Shown here piece after piece: positions 18,694-26,914 of a DNA stretch of 37,190 nucleotides. A program made the translations under genes and the position numbers. Position 1 is the first letter of the stretch. Every line of letters begins with the position of its first letter. This stretch comes from a virus (Duplodnaviria; Caudoviricetes): IMG/VR virus record IMGVR_UViG_3300044504_000062, positions 1-37,190 of that record. The stretch is one strand, 5' to 3'. Under the pieces are notes generated by a model. It was not told the DNA's origin. It was given only the letters and a program-made list of their open reading frames with translations, and did not search any database.

Positions 18694-19043
18694 GCGGCTT
18701 GACGACGAATATCTAAAGCCCCGTCAATCCAGGCGACACCGGCCTTCCAAAGCCCTCGAGTCTTCTCCTCACCGAAGCCAATCCTCTTTCCGACTTCCAT
18801 CAGCGAACTGTCGCGGGTGGTGTAGTACCTCATTAGCACCTGGCCGCATTCGGGATAGCGCTTGATCAGTCGACCCATCAGGCCATCAATCATCAACGCG
18901 TCGTCATCGGTGATCATCGGCGACAGCACGGTGTTCTCGCGAGAGGCGCAGCAGGACACACCGGAGCCCAGGACAACCCAACGACCCCAGTGCTCGAGCA
19001 GATCCTCGGCGGTGCGTTCTTTAAAGTTCGGCGTAAAGGCCAT
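18690..19043 (-). CDS. Late antitermination protein Q family
   Basis: LLEHWGRW, ITDDDAL.ID, C-terminal HTH, WIDGAL; upstream of pR'/holin. Confidence 0.85.
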   Translation of the reverse strand: MAFTPNFKERTAEDLLEHWGRWVVLGSGVSCCASRENTVLSPMITDDDALMIDGLMGRLIKRYPECGQVLMRYYTTRDSSLMEVGKRIGFGEEKTRGLWKAGVAWIDGALDIRRQAA

Positions 19044-19046
19044 GGG

Positions 19047-19238
19047 TCAACCCTCCTTGGGTGCATTGAGTGCGCGGCGACCAGGTCGTGCTAAGACCAT
19101 GTTCTGACACGCATGGATTGCCCGGCAGAACTCGTCGCGATCCATTGGATGCTCTACCGGAAGCTTTAAGTACTCATTCCAGATACCAGCAAGAAGGCCA
19201 GCAATAAACCCTTCGCGGTCCGTCAATATGATCGACAT
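19047..19238 (-). CDS. Hypothetical protein (63 aa)
   Basis: Tightly packed in operon with SD. Confidence 0.7.
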   Translation of the reverse strand: MSIILTDREGFIAGLLAGIWNEYLKLPVEHPMDRDEFCRAIHACQNMVLARPGRRALNAPKEG

Positions 19239-19241
19239 GGC

Positions 19242-19559
19242 TCAATCCCCTGTGAAGTTGGTGGCACCTGGGCCACGGCGGTTGTTCCCGTTGTATTGCG
19301 CCTCAGCACCGGCAGGCTTGAAGCAGTTGAATTGCGCGATTTGATGCTCGGCAGCTTGGAGCCGGATGCTTAGCTGCGTCACCAGCACATCCAGCGGCAG
19401 CGCCTCGCCGGTTTCGGCGGTGACCCAGCCCGACGCGCTGCACTGAATGCACGCCAACTCATGGAAGACGCCCTTGATCACCGCGCGACCACGGCATGCC
19501 GGGCACTTAGCCAGGTCCAGTTGAGCTGCTCGGAATGCTGGACCGTGGGACTTCTTCAC
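19242..19559 (-). CDS. Zn-finger hypothetical protein
   Basis: CPACRG and CIQCSASG pairs; coupled to upstream gene. Confidence 0.75.
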   Translation of the reverse strand: MKKSHGPAFRAAQLDLAKCPACRGRAVIKGVFHELACIQCSASGWVTAETGEALPLDVLVTQLSIRLQAAEHQIAQFNCFKPAGAEAQYNGNNRRGPGATNFTGD

Positions 19560-19759
19560 TTAGCCTCCAGCAGTCGCTTGTGGGTTTCGTACACATCGTC
19601 ACCGTTCGGCAAATGAGGTTCGTGATGTACGCGGTACTTGTCGCCACCCCGCATGCGCACCTCAAGGACCGGATCGTGATTCACGGTGCAGACGAAGATG
19701 GCGCTGATATCGGCCGGGTTCACGGCGAGCCGGGTGCGCTTTAGGATCTGAATCAGCAT
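19556..19759 (-). CDS. Hypothetical protein (67 aa)
   Basis: GAGG SD; packed between recombinase and Zn-finger gene. Confidence 0.7.
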   Translation of the reverse strand: MLIQILKRTRLAVNPADISAIFVCTVNHDPVLEVRMRGGDKYRVHHEPHLPNGDDVYETHKRLLEAK

Positions 19760-19761
19760 TT

Positions 19762-21057
19762 TTAAACCTCGCCCTTAACAAATTGTGGTTCTGGCTCGCA
19801 GACCCCGCCGTTCAAGGCGTCTACGAGGTTTTGCGAATCTTCATATCTAACGCCTGTCTGCGTGTGAATCGCCTTGAAGCCACGCGCATCTAACCAGTCG
19901 TGCCACTTCACCAGAGCCAACCGGCGCTGCTCCTTGGCCTGGGTGTTGATGTAGGTCGAGGCGATCTTGCCCAGGGAGTGGTTCAGCAACATCTCGCCGA
20001 TGTGGCCGTCGACACCGAGGTCAGTCCAGGCAGTACGGGCCACCTTGCGTAGGTCGTGACTGGTCCAGGCGCCCTGCCCCAACCGCGTGAAGACGGCGCT
20101 CGCCTGGTTGTCGCTCAGCGGCTTGCCACGGCCTGACGGGAACAGGAAGGCACCTGCATAGCCTTGGGCGGTCTGGCGGTCACGGTAGCGGCGCAGCAGT
20201 GCGACGACTTGGTCGGTCAGCGGCATCCGCAGCTCGGTCTTGGTCTTGGTGTGTTCGGCCGGCAGGAACCACTCGCGCTCCGGCAGCGTGATATCCGCCC
20301 AGCGCGACTGGCGGGTCTCACCGATGCGGGTGCCGTGGCACAGCATCATCAAGGCCAGCATCGCGTCCCCCGGCGCGCGCTCGAAACGCTCGGCCAGCAG
20401 CATCACCAACTCGGGCACCTGCACATCGCGCAGTCGGGCGGGCTTGGGCTGGATTCGCGCCGATGTGAAGTTGCTGAACTTCAGCTCGGCCATGGGGTTA
20501 ATGGGTATCAGATCGAGCTTGCGCGCCTGACGAAAGGCCATGGCGAGCAGCCGGTACAACTGCTGGACATACGACAGCGACAGCTCAGCCTGGGCCGGCC
20601 ACATCAGCAGCCTGTCCAGGCTCTGCGCACTCACATCCCGAAGCAGCAGATCGTCCAGGCGCGGTTTGAGTTGGCAGCCGATCGCGGACTTGATGGCCGC
20701 GCGGCGCTTGTCGGACAGTGCCCGCGACCTGGTCATGCGGTCACCGAACCAATCCAGCAGCTCACCCACGGTCAACCAGCCCGACACGCTGGCCGCGCCG
20801 TCCGCCGCCACGCGCAGGCGCACCGCCGGCAACGCCGCGACCACCTGCTTGGTGTTCAGATCGGGAAAGGCGCCAATACGGTGCCACTGGCGCTTGTTGA
20901 GCAAGTACCAGGAACCGCGCGCACGGTTCTTGGCGAAACGAAAGTGCAACGCCGGGTGACTGGCATCGCGCAGATCACGCACATGCTCAAGTTTGGCATT
21001 GCGGGCAATCTCGGCATCCGACAACTTCACCGTCAGGGTTTTGATTTGGGTACTCAA
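19762..21057 (-). CDS. Tyrosine recombinase (second integrase-family protein, in nin-equivalent region)
   Basis: Catalytic set GTRIGE (R), TK (K), HDLR (HxxR), LNH, STY (Y); arm-binding-like N-terminus. Confidence 0.92.
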   Translation of the reverse strand: MSTQIKTLTVKLSDAEIARNAKLEHVRDLRDASHPALHFRFAKNRARGSWYLLNKRQWHRIGAFPDLNTKQVVAALPAVRLRVAADGAASVSGWLTVGELLDWFGDRMTRSRALSDKRRAAIKSAIGCQLKPRLDDLLLRDVSAQSLDRLLMWPAQAELSLSYVQQLYRLLAMAFRQARKLDLIPINPMAELKFSNFTSARIQPKPARLRDVQVPELVMLLAERFERAPGDAMLALMMLCHGTRIGETRQSRWADITLPEREWFLPAEHTKTKTELRMPLTDQVVALLRRYRDRQTAQGYAGAFLFPSGRGKPLSDNQASAVFTRLGQGAWTSHDLRKVARTAWTDLGVDGHIGEMLLNHSLGKIASTYINTQAKEQRRLALVKWHDWLDARGFKAIHTQTGVRYEDSQNLVDALNGGVCEPEPQFVKGEV

Positions 21058-21263
21058 AACGCGCCCTCCTCCGGGTCAAGAAGGTCGATCACCTCAAACG
21101 TCGACGGCCACATCCATCCGCCGTATCGAATCGCCATGGCCTTATCAAAAAACAGCGCTAAGGCATGATCTGGTGCGCTTCCAAGGTCCAGCTTGGAAGA
21201 ACAGCAAAACACCGCATAGCGGTACTCGGTGGGTGCCGGAACGGCAAGGCGAGGCTCAGCCAT
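21054..21263 (-). CDS. Hypothetical protein (69 aa)
   Basis: Overlaps helicase stop and recombinase start. Confidence 0.7.
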   Translation of the reverse strand: MAEPRLAVPAPTEYRYAVFCCSSKLDLGSAPDHALALFFDKAMAIRYGGWMWPSTFEVIDLLDPEEGAF

Positions 21264-22633
21264 CAGAAATTTTCCTTTGTTTTGTAGCGGTCAGCCATGC
21301 TGGTGACTTTTGCTGGCTTGGACGGCTCAACCCATCCCGAAGCCAGTTGTTCGAATCGGCTGTACTGCCCGAGGAAGGCTGCGCGAACGGTGCCGCCGGC
21401 GATGTCTCGGCCCTTGCCAATGATGATTTCAGCAATGCCCTTCGCTTCCGAGTGCTCGTGATAAACCTCGTCGCGATACACGAAAAGGATGATGTCCGCG
21501 TCCTGCTCAATGGCGCCGGATTCGCGCAGGTCAGAACACAGCGGACGCTTGTTAGGACGCTCTTCGCATTTACGGGAGAGCTGACTGAGCAGGATCACCG
21601 GGATGCCCAACTCGCGAGCCATGAGTTTCGCGGTGCGCGTCATATGGCTGACTTCTTGCTCGCGACTGAACGTGCGTGAGTCGGAGTCGACCAACTGCAG
21701 GTAGTCGATCACCATCAGATCCAGGCCGTATCGGCGCTTGTGACGACGCGCAGCAGCACGGATTCGGTTCATCGACATCGATGCGCGGTCCGAAAGGTAC
21801 AGATTGGAGTTTTTGAGTTTTCCGGCAGCGCTCATCAGCTCAGCGCCATAGTCGTGTGGGGCTTTGCCGTTCTTGATCAATTGCAGCGGTATGCGTCCTT
21901 CAGACGCCATGAAACGGTCCATCAGGCCGGTGTTATCCATTTCGAGACTGAACGCCATCACGCTCTTGCCCTCGCGAATAGCGGCATTGGACGCGATGTT
22001 CATGGCCAAAGTGGTTTTCCCCATGGCTGGACGGCCCGCGATGATGATCAACTGGCCGGGTTTCAACCCTTGGAGCTTCTCGTCCAAGTCGGCGATGCCG
22101 GTGGACAAGCCGTCGATACCCTCCCCCCGATCAGCCCTGGCCTGTAGCACCTCAATGTAATCGTCGAGGATGTACTCGGCCTTGATCACCTCGGAAGTGG
22201 CCGACTGACTGTCGACTGCCTGGGCTTCGGCCTGCACCGCTGCAACCTTGTCCGCCGTGGGCTGGTCGCCGTAAGCGATGTCATTGATCCGAACACTCAA
22301 TTCAATCAGCGATCTATCCAGGCTTCGCTCGCGGACGGTGCCTGCGTAGGAGGCAGCGTTCGCAACGCTGGGGGTGTTGCGCGCGATCTCGGCGGCGTAA
22401 GCGAAGGCGGGAGAGCCGCAAGGCAGGTCACCGATACGAGCGCCGATAGTCACGATATCGACCGGCTGGCCAGCACCGTGCAAATCCAAAATGCCGCGAT
22501 AAATTGCGGCGTTGTCCTCGTAGTAAAAATCCTCGACCGCGAGGTCGGCACTGAGCAAGTCGATCAATTCCGGGCGCAGGAACATCGCCCCCAACACACC
22601 GTGTTCGGCTTCCAGGCTGTAGGGATCACGCAT
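21263..22633 (-). CDS. dnaB: Replicative DNA helicase, DnaB family (phage-encoded)
   Basis: GRPAMGKT Walker A, FSLEM, IDYLQL, LSQLSR, SDLRESGAIEQDAD. Confidence 0.96.
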   Translation of the reverse strand: MRDPYSLEAEHGVLGAMFLRPELIDLLSADLAVEDFYYEDNAAIYRGILDLHGAGQPVDIVTIGARIGDLPCGSPAFAYAAEIARNTPSVANAASYAGTVRERSLDRSLIELSVRINDIAYGDQPTADKVAAVQAEAQAVDSQSATSEVIKAEYILDDYIEVLQARADRGEGIDGLSTGIADLDEKLQGLKPGQLIIIAGRPAMGKTTLAMNIASNAAIREGKSVMAFSLEMDNTGLMDRFMASEGRIPLQLIKNGKAPHDYGAELMSAAGKLKNSNLYLSDRASMSMNRIRAAARRHKRRYGLDLMVIDYLQLVDSDSRTFSREQEVSHMTRTAKLMARELGIPVILLSQLSRKCEERPNKRPLCSDLRESGAIEQDADIILFVYRDEVYHEHSEAKGIAEIIIGKGRDIAGGTVRAAFLGQYSRFEQLASGWVEPSKPAKVTSMADRYKTKENF

Positions 22634-23333
22634 TGTAATTACCCTCCACGACCTTCACGAAGTTGCTCGGCGCAATCAGCCAATCGAAGTTGCAGCGAAA
22701 AGGACTACCGCCAGAGGCTGAAACCTTGCCCATCAAAAACTCGCTGGAGCGGACCAGGGCGAAGTACTCGGCCCAGAAACTGAGATCCTGATGAACATCG
22801 CTCTCGTTCCAACGAGCGGTGATCTTGCTGATCCGGTCCTTGGTCAACAACATGACCCGGGGAAACTCCGGGATCGTCGTGTTGAACAAATCGACGATGG
22901 CCTGGGTTGGGCATTTCGGCTTCGAAATTTTCGTTGGTTGCTCGGCGCCAACAAGAGGTGATGGTTCACTTGATGGTTCTATTACGGTTCTGGGTGCGGC
23001 TGCTGCGGGGGTTTGTGTCGTGAGCTGCGGGGGTGGTGGTGCATCTGCTGCGGGGTGCGCCTCTTGCGGGGGTGCATAAGATGCGGGGGTTAGGGTGTAG
23101 ATCGTCGAGCGCCCCATCCGCTCCCGGACAGACAAGATGCCCACTTGTCCAAGCCACTTTATGGCCGCCTGAACAGTCCTTTCAGCGAGGCAAGTTCGTT
23201 CAGAGATACGAGCGACCGAGGGCCAGCAAACACCCTCGTCGTTTGCGTTGTCAGCCAGCGATATCAGAACAGCCTTCTGCGGGCCGCTCATGCCTTGCAA
23301 CGGCCAGCACAGGCTCATGATGATGGTGCTCAT
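22626..23333 (-). CDS. Replication initiator (O-like, N-terminal HTH)
   Basis: LADNANDEGVCWPS HTH, internal iterons, C-terminal FDWL...NF.KV.EG.Y; start revised to ATG 23333. Confidence 0.9.
   Translation of the reverse strand: MSTIIMSLCWPLQGMSGPQKAVLISLADNANDEGVCWPSVARISERTCLAERTVQAAIKWLGQVGILSVRERMGRSTIYTLTPASYAPPQEAHPAADAPPPPQLTTQTPAAAAPRTVIEPSSEPSPLVGAEQPTKISKPKCPTQAIVDLFNTTIPEFPRVMLLTKDRISKITARWNESDVHQDLSFWAEYFALVRSSEFLMGKVSASGGSPFRCNFDWLIAPSNFVKVVEGNYNA
23004..23090. repeat. Iterons of phage replication origin
   Basis: TGCGGGG(G)T at 23004, 23026, 23049, 23065, 23082 inside the initiator gene. Confidence 0.8.
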
Positions 23334-23554
23334 GCGGAAACATCCTGGGCAGGAGCCAGGGACGCCTTCAAGTGATTGAGGCATTCCCGGCGGAATTGAG
23401 ACTTGGATTCTGGCGAGTACTGGATGCCAATCAGGAGGGCGGCATTCATCGCAGCAGATTGATTGGAGACTGCGCGTCGAGACACCTTTTCGGACTCGCT
23501 GGAAAGTGTCGCGACATCGCCTGAACTATTGACTGCGGGGGTGTTTTTGATCAT
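23330..23554 (-). CDS. Hypothetical protein (74 aa)
   Basis: GAGG SD; ATGA overlap with initiator. Confidence 0.65.
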   Translation of the reverse strand: MIKNTPAVNSSGDVATLSSESEKVSRRAVSNQSAAMNAALLIGIQYSPESKSQFRRECLNHLKASLAPAQDVSA

Positions 23555-23581
23555 TATCGACCTCGCTAAAAAGTTGTACTG

Positions 23582-23607
23582 AACCGCCCTGCCAGGCGGT
23601 TTTTTTA
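23582..23607 (+). terminator. Intrinsic terminator on + strand (antisense to the early-right operon)
   Basis: AACCGCC-ctgcca-GGCGGTT followed by a T-run. Confidence 0.7.
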
Positions 23608-23692
23608 TGCCTGTAATTCAGGCGTTATGGGTGTCCGGCGCATCCGTGGTAGCTTTTTGCTTCCACACGAAAAGGCCTCGGAGGCCGGACAA

Positions 23693-24100
23693 ATGAAAGC
23701 GAAGGAAATCAACTACGAAATTTTGTGGCACAAGTGCGTCGACGATCAGGACGAGGCGATCCGAAAGCTTCCTCGAACCATCGAGAGTCATGACTCGAAG
23801 CTCTCGCGTGCGGCGTTTGGCATCTACAAACTGCAATGCTTCTGCGAGCGTTTGGTGGCGAAGTACGCCAGCCCGTGGCTGGAACTTAAGCCGGTCGAGG
23901 CCGGGCGCCTGTACTTGCTCAACAAGCATCACTGGCACCCTTCGCAGGTAAAAGACCTGAACCTTGTTGATCTACTTCTCCTACTTCATGAAGAGCTGAT
24001 CGAGATGAAGCTGACAAAGGAGGAATTTGATCCGGTGCACAACTGGGCGATGCACCAGGATTGCTACGCTGAGCTTGCGGCTTCGAGTTCCAATCTTTAA
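23693..24100 (+). CDS. Counter-oriented accessory protein (resembles ECs1072-type phage proteins)
   Basis: GGAGG SD before ATG 23693; YLLNKHHWHPSQVKDL motif recalled from that family. Confidence 0.7.
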   Translation: MKAKEINYEILWHKCVDDQDEAIRKLPRTIESHDSKLSRAAFGIYKLQCFCERLVAKYASPWLELKPVEAGRLYLLNKHHWHPSQVKDLNLVDLLLLLHEELIEMKLTKEEFDPVHNWAMHQDCYAELAASSSNL

Positions 24101-24229
24101 CCACTGGAAGCACTCTCTCTACCGACGGGTCCAGGAACGAAAACCTGGACCCTTTCGGCTTAAAAAATCGAACGATGGCGGCAATCATCTCTATTCCCTT
24201 CCTATGCACTGTATGAATTGGCCTGAAGA

Positions 24230-24652
24230 TCAGGCTGCCTTTAGCGATTCGCGCAAAACTTGCAGAGCGTCTATCGCCTCAAGGATTGCTTTATCGCCCT
24301 GGGCTTTTTCGTGCTGGCTGATGTGGTTGTCCGCCGTGGCATCGAAAATCAATCGACCAACATCACCGCATTCCGCGGACAAGAGGCCCAGCGCGGCCAT
24401 CAGCGGTTTTGCTTTCGGCTTTTCACGAGCCGCGAGGTCAAAACCGAATTGGTCAGCGAGCGCCATCAGCGGGCGCATATCTTGTGTGTGGAGCAGCACG
24501 CCAAACAGATGCTCGATCGTTAGGTGGTGCGCCGCGTTATCCGGGTTTGAACGCTGCAGAAGGCTCACGTGAGCCATGCACATTTTCCCTGCTAGCTCCT
24601 CTGCCCCGCTTTCCTTGATGGTGGTGTGGCAAGCCCTCAAGAAATTTTCCAT
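24230..24652 (-). CDS. Phage regulatory CII-family protein
   Basis: Downstream of cro; NPDN..HHLT, D.HIS..EK; start revised to ATG 24652 (GAGG SD). Confidence 0.82.
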   Translation of the reverse strand: MENFLRACHTTIKESGAEELAGKMCMAHVSLLQRSNPDNAAHHLTIEHLFGVLLHTQDMRPLMALADQFGFDLAAREKPKAKPLMAALGLLSAECGDVGRLIFDATADNHISQHEKAQGDKAILEAIDALQVLRESLKAA

Positions 24653-24735
24653 TCGTAAAACCTCGATTTTGTTTCCGTGGATGCTCGCCACGGTGTGCGC
24701 GATCATTTGCCATACGGATCAACGACAGGGACGAC

Positions 24736-24915
24736 CTATGCAGCGGATTGTTTTTTGTCGGCCTTCAACTGGCCGTTGGTCACCAGCTCAAGCTGGTACT
24801 GGCGGAGCTGAGGAATTTCATCGCCCCACTGCCGGACCGCCTCGTATGTGATTCCGAGCGCTTTGGCCAAGGGAGCAATCCCTTTGAAATAATTGATAGC
24901 GTCGGCACGGTTCAT
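24736..24915 (-). CDS. cro: Cro-like repressor (59 aa)
   Basis: Read by eye: MNRADAINYFKGIAPLAKALGITYEAVRQWGDEIPQLRQYQLELVTNGQLKADKKQSAA; AAGGAG SD; divergent from cI. Confidence 0.92.
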   Translation of the reverse strand: MNRADAINYFKGIAPLAKALGITYEAVRQWGDEIPQLRQYQLELVTNGQLKADKKQSAA

Positions 24916-24943
24916 GGCTGACTCCTTGTGATGTGCGCCAATT

Positions 24944-24991
24944 CAAGCATGCTTGTGTTTAGTAAGCAAGCATGCTTGCCAAGCTAACTTG
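24944..24991. promoter_or_regulatory. Right operators OR (three sites)
   Basis: CAAGCATGCTTG at 24944 and 24967, CAAGCTAACTTG at 24980. Confidence 0.88.
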
Positions 24992-25003
24992 TAGATTGCT
25001 CGC

Positions 25004-25855
25004 ATGAAAATTACTGATCGAATTACTGCCCTCGTCCGTGCTCGCAAGCCAGAGGTCGGCGCGCGCGGGTTCAAGCGCGACATAGCGACCACTTGCGGGG
25101 TCAGCTACGAGGCTGTGCGCCAGTGGTTTGCTGGTGACACAGGCAACATCAAGAATGAGAATTTGAAGGCGATCGCCGACGGCTACGACACGACAGTCGA
25201 CTGGCTGCTGAGTGGGAAAGGCGAGCCGCCGCGGCGCATGACTCCAGCCCGATCTGCCGAGGATTCTGGAAAGTCATCGGCCGACATCGTTCAGCAGATG
25301 CTGGCGAAGCACGGGAAGAATCTGTCTGATGCCGCAAAGCAGAAGATCGCAGAAGCCGTTGCCGAAACGGCCAACGAAGTAAAGTCTGGCAATGTCATCC
25401 CTGCGGATTTTTCAGGCCTGCGCGCCAGGGCCGACGAGGTTCTGATTCCTCAATACGACATCCGTGCCGCCATGGGCCATGGCCAGGTACCGCCAGATTA
25501 CAGCGAGACGGTCCGCAACCTGATCGTGCGTGAGGACGTGTTGCGAGAGAAGGGTGTGACATTCACCACCTTGAACGCCCTCGCCGTGATTACTGGCTGG
25601 GGTCAGAGCATGGAAGGCACGATCAATGACAAGGATCCTGTCATTGTTGACCGTGGAGTGAATGAGTTCATCGGTGATGGGATCTATGTGATCACCTGGC
25701 ACGGCCTGCTCTACATCAAGCGCCTGCAGATGTCCGACGAGGATCATTTTTGGCTGATATCTGACAATGAGAAGCACAAGGACCAGCAGGCCAGGATCGA
25801 CGACGTGACAATCCACGCGAAGGTTTTGCTGATTTGGAATGCCCGAAAAGCCTGA
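25004..25855 (+). CDS. cI: CI repressor (HTH + S24 peptidase)
   Basis: HTH SYEAVRQW, WLLSGKG; S24 catalytic GQSM and IKRL. Confidence 0.94.
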   Translation: MKITDRITALVRARKPEVGARGFKRDIATTCGVSYEAVRQWFAGDTGNIKNENLKAIADGYDTTVDWLLSGKGEPPRRMTPARSAEDSGKSSADIVQQMLAKHGKNLSDAAKQKIAEAVAETANEVKSGNVIPADFSGLRARADEVLIPQYDIRAAMGHGQVPPDYSETVRNLIVREDVLREKGVTFTTLNALAVITGWGQSMEGTINDKDPVIVDRGVNEFIGDGIYVITWHGLLYIKRLQMSDEDHFWLISDNEKHKDQQARIDDVTIHAKVLLIWNARKA

Positions 25856-25871
25856 CCTGACACAAAACAAG

Positions 25872-25899
25872 AAAGCCCGCCAATCGAGCGGGCTTTTTT
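25872..25899. terminator. Bidirectional terminator between cI and the convergent gene
   Basis: AAAGCCCGC-caatcga-GCGGGCTTTTTT. Confidence 0.85.
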
Positions 25900-25906
25900 G
25901 TGACCG

Positions 25907-26224
25907 CTAAAACGGTGCCGGATCCTCTGCCACAGATACATCATCAACCTCTAACGGTCGATCTTCGTCGCTCGCGGCCTCCCAGCGCAGAGTGATCGCC
26001 TCATCACCATCCTCGATGGTCATTTCGATACCGTCCGTATCTGATAGCACCAATAGCAACTCACTCCATTCCATCTGCCCATCCGTGTCCAGGCGATGAA
26101 TGGTAACCAGCCTGTTCAGTTGCGACGTCGGGTGATTGATCATCGACGAAACGCGCAGATTCAATCGCTCCATGCCCGTCATTGGCTTGGGCCCCGCTTC
26201 CTTCTTCTTATCCTGCTTTGCCAT
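25907..26224 (-). CDS. DUF1654-like protein, LexA-boxed
   Basis: Start revised to ATG 26224 (AAGGAGGT SD); ERL.LRVS.MIN.P motif recalled from DUF1654. Confidence 0.78.
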   Translation of the reverse strand: MAKQDKKKEAGPKPMTGMERLNLRVSSMINHPTSQLNRLVTIHRLDTDGQMEWSELLLVLSDTDGIEMTIEDGDEAITLRWEAASDEDRPLEVDDVSVAEDPAPF

Positions 26225-26245
26225 AAAACACCTCCTTTGCTGATG

Positions 26246-26261
26246 CTGTATATCCATACAG
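26246..26261. promoter_or_regulatory. LexA (SOS) box
   Basis: CTGTATATCCATACAG = CTGT-N8-ACAG. Confidence 0.88.
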
Positions 26262-26276
26262 TACAAAAAATAAATA

Positions 26277-26331
26277 CAAGCGTGCTTGCATTCAATACAC
26301 AAGCATGCTTTTATAAATGCAAGCCGACTTG
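26277..26331. promoter_or_regulatory. Left operators OL (three sites) / pL
   Basis: CAAGCGTGCTTG 26277, CAAGCATGCTTT 26300, CAAGCCGACTTG 26320. Confidence 0.85.
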
Positions 26332-26374
26332 CAATAGAAACACAAGCAGACGGTCAGGGCCTCAAGAGACCCAC

Positions 26375-26386
26375 TGCTCTTTAACA
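26375..26386 (+). promoter_or_regulatory. boxA antitermination element
   Basis: TGCTCTTTAACA, exact consensus boxA, shortly downstream of OL/pL. Confidence 0.82.
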
Positions 26387-26408
26387 GTCAGCGCAACAAA
26401 CAACAGAC

Positions 26409-26534
26409 CGCATTGCCTCTACCGGCGACCGGCGAGCAGACAGGCCCGAAAGCCTGCCAACGATAGGGAAAACCTTGTACGGCTGCTCGATGGTGAAACG
26501 CCAGAACTGAGTGAGTGACCCGGCAAGCAATGCG
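26409..26534 (+). ncRNA. Putative multi-branched structured RNA in pL leader
   Basis: CGCATTGC/GCAATGCG closing stem, CGAGCAG/CTGCTCG inner stem, three internal hairpins. Confidence 0.55.
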
Positions 26535-26914
26535 CCCCGCAAATCCCAGCGGCAGAAGGGAGAGACACCGAATCGAATTAGCGGTCCCGATAGCCTCGGC
26601 TGGGAACGCCGGACCTCATGCACCCTGCCCCACTCATCCAGGGCATTAAGAGCTGTAGCGTGCATGTTGTAAGGACCTGTGATCCATGGCGAACAGATGC
26701 TGTTTGACGCTGTGAGTAGGAAGCTCGAAGCCCGCACCCACGACGAACCGCCGACCTGCAATCAGCAGCGGGATACGCGGCGCCGCCCTAGCGGAGAGGG
26801 AGTCACCGCTGACGCAACACCCCGGCCTGTCGCCAGTAGCGAGGCCGGGATTTCACCGATAGGCCTTCGCAAAAGGGCCTGACGGGAAATCAACCCAGCG
26901 CAAGAGGAATCACC

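Noticed and set aside
23919-24209. Minus-strand ORF after cII with a possible SD before ATG 24188
   Set aside because: Overlaps the better-supported plus-strand gene by ~180 nt and has no recognisable motif; at most a remnant
24209-24224. Half SOS box CTGTATGAAT
   Set aside because: Lacks the CAG right half
26507-26514. CTGAGTGA resembling a hammerhead ribozyme core
   Set aside because: Does not match CUGANGA and I could not place GAAA/NUH with the three required stems
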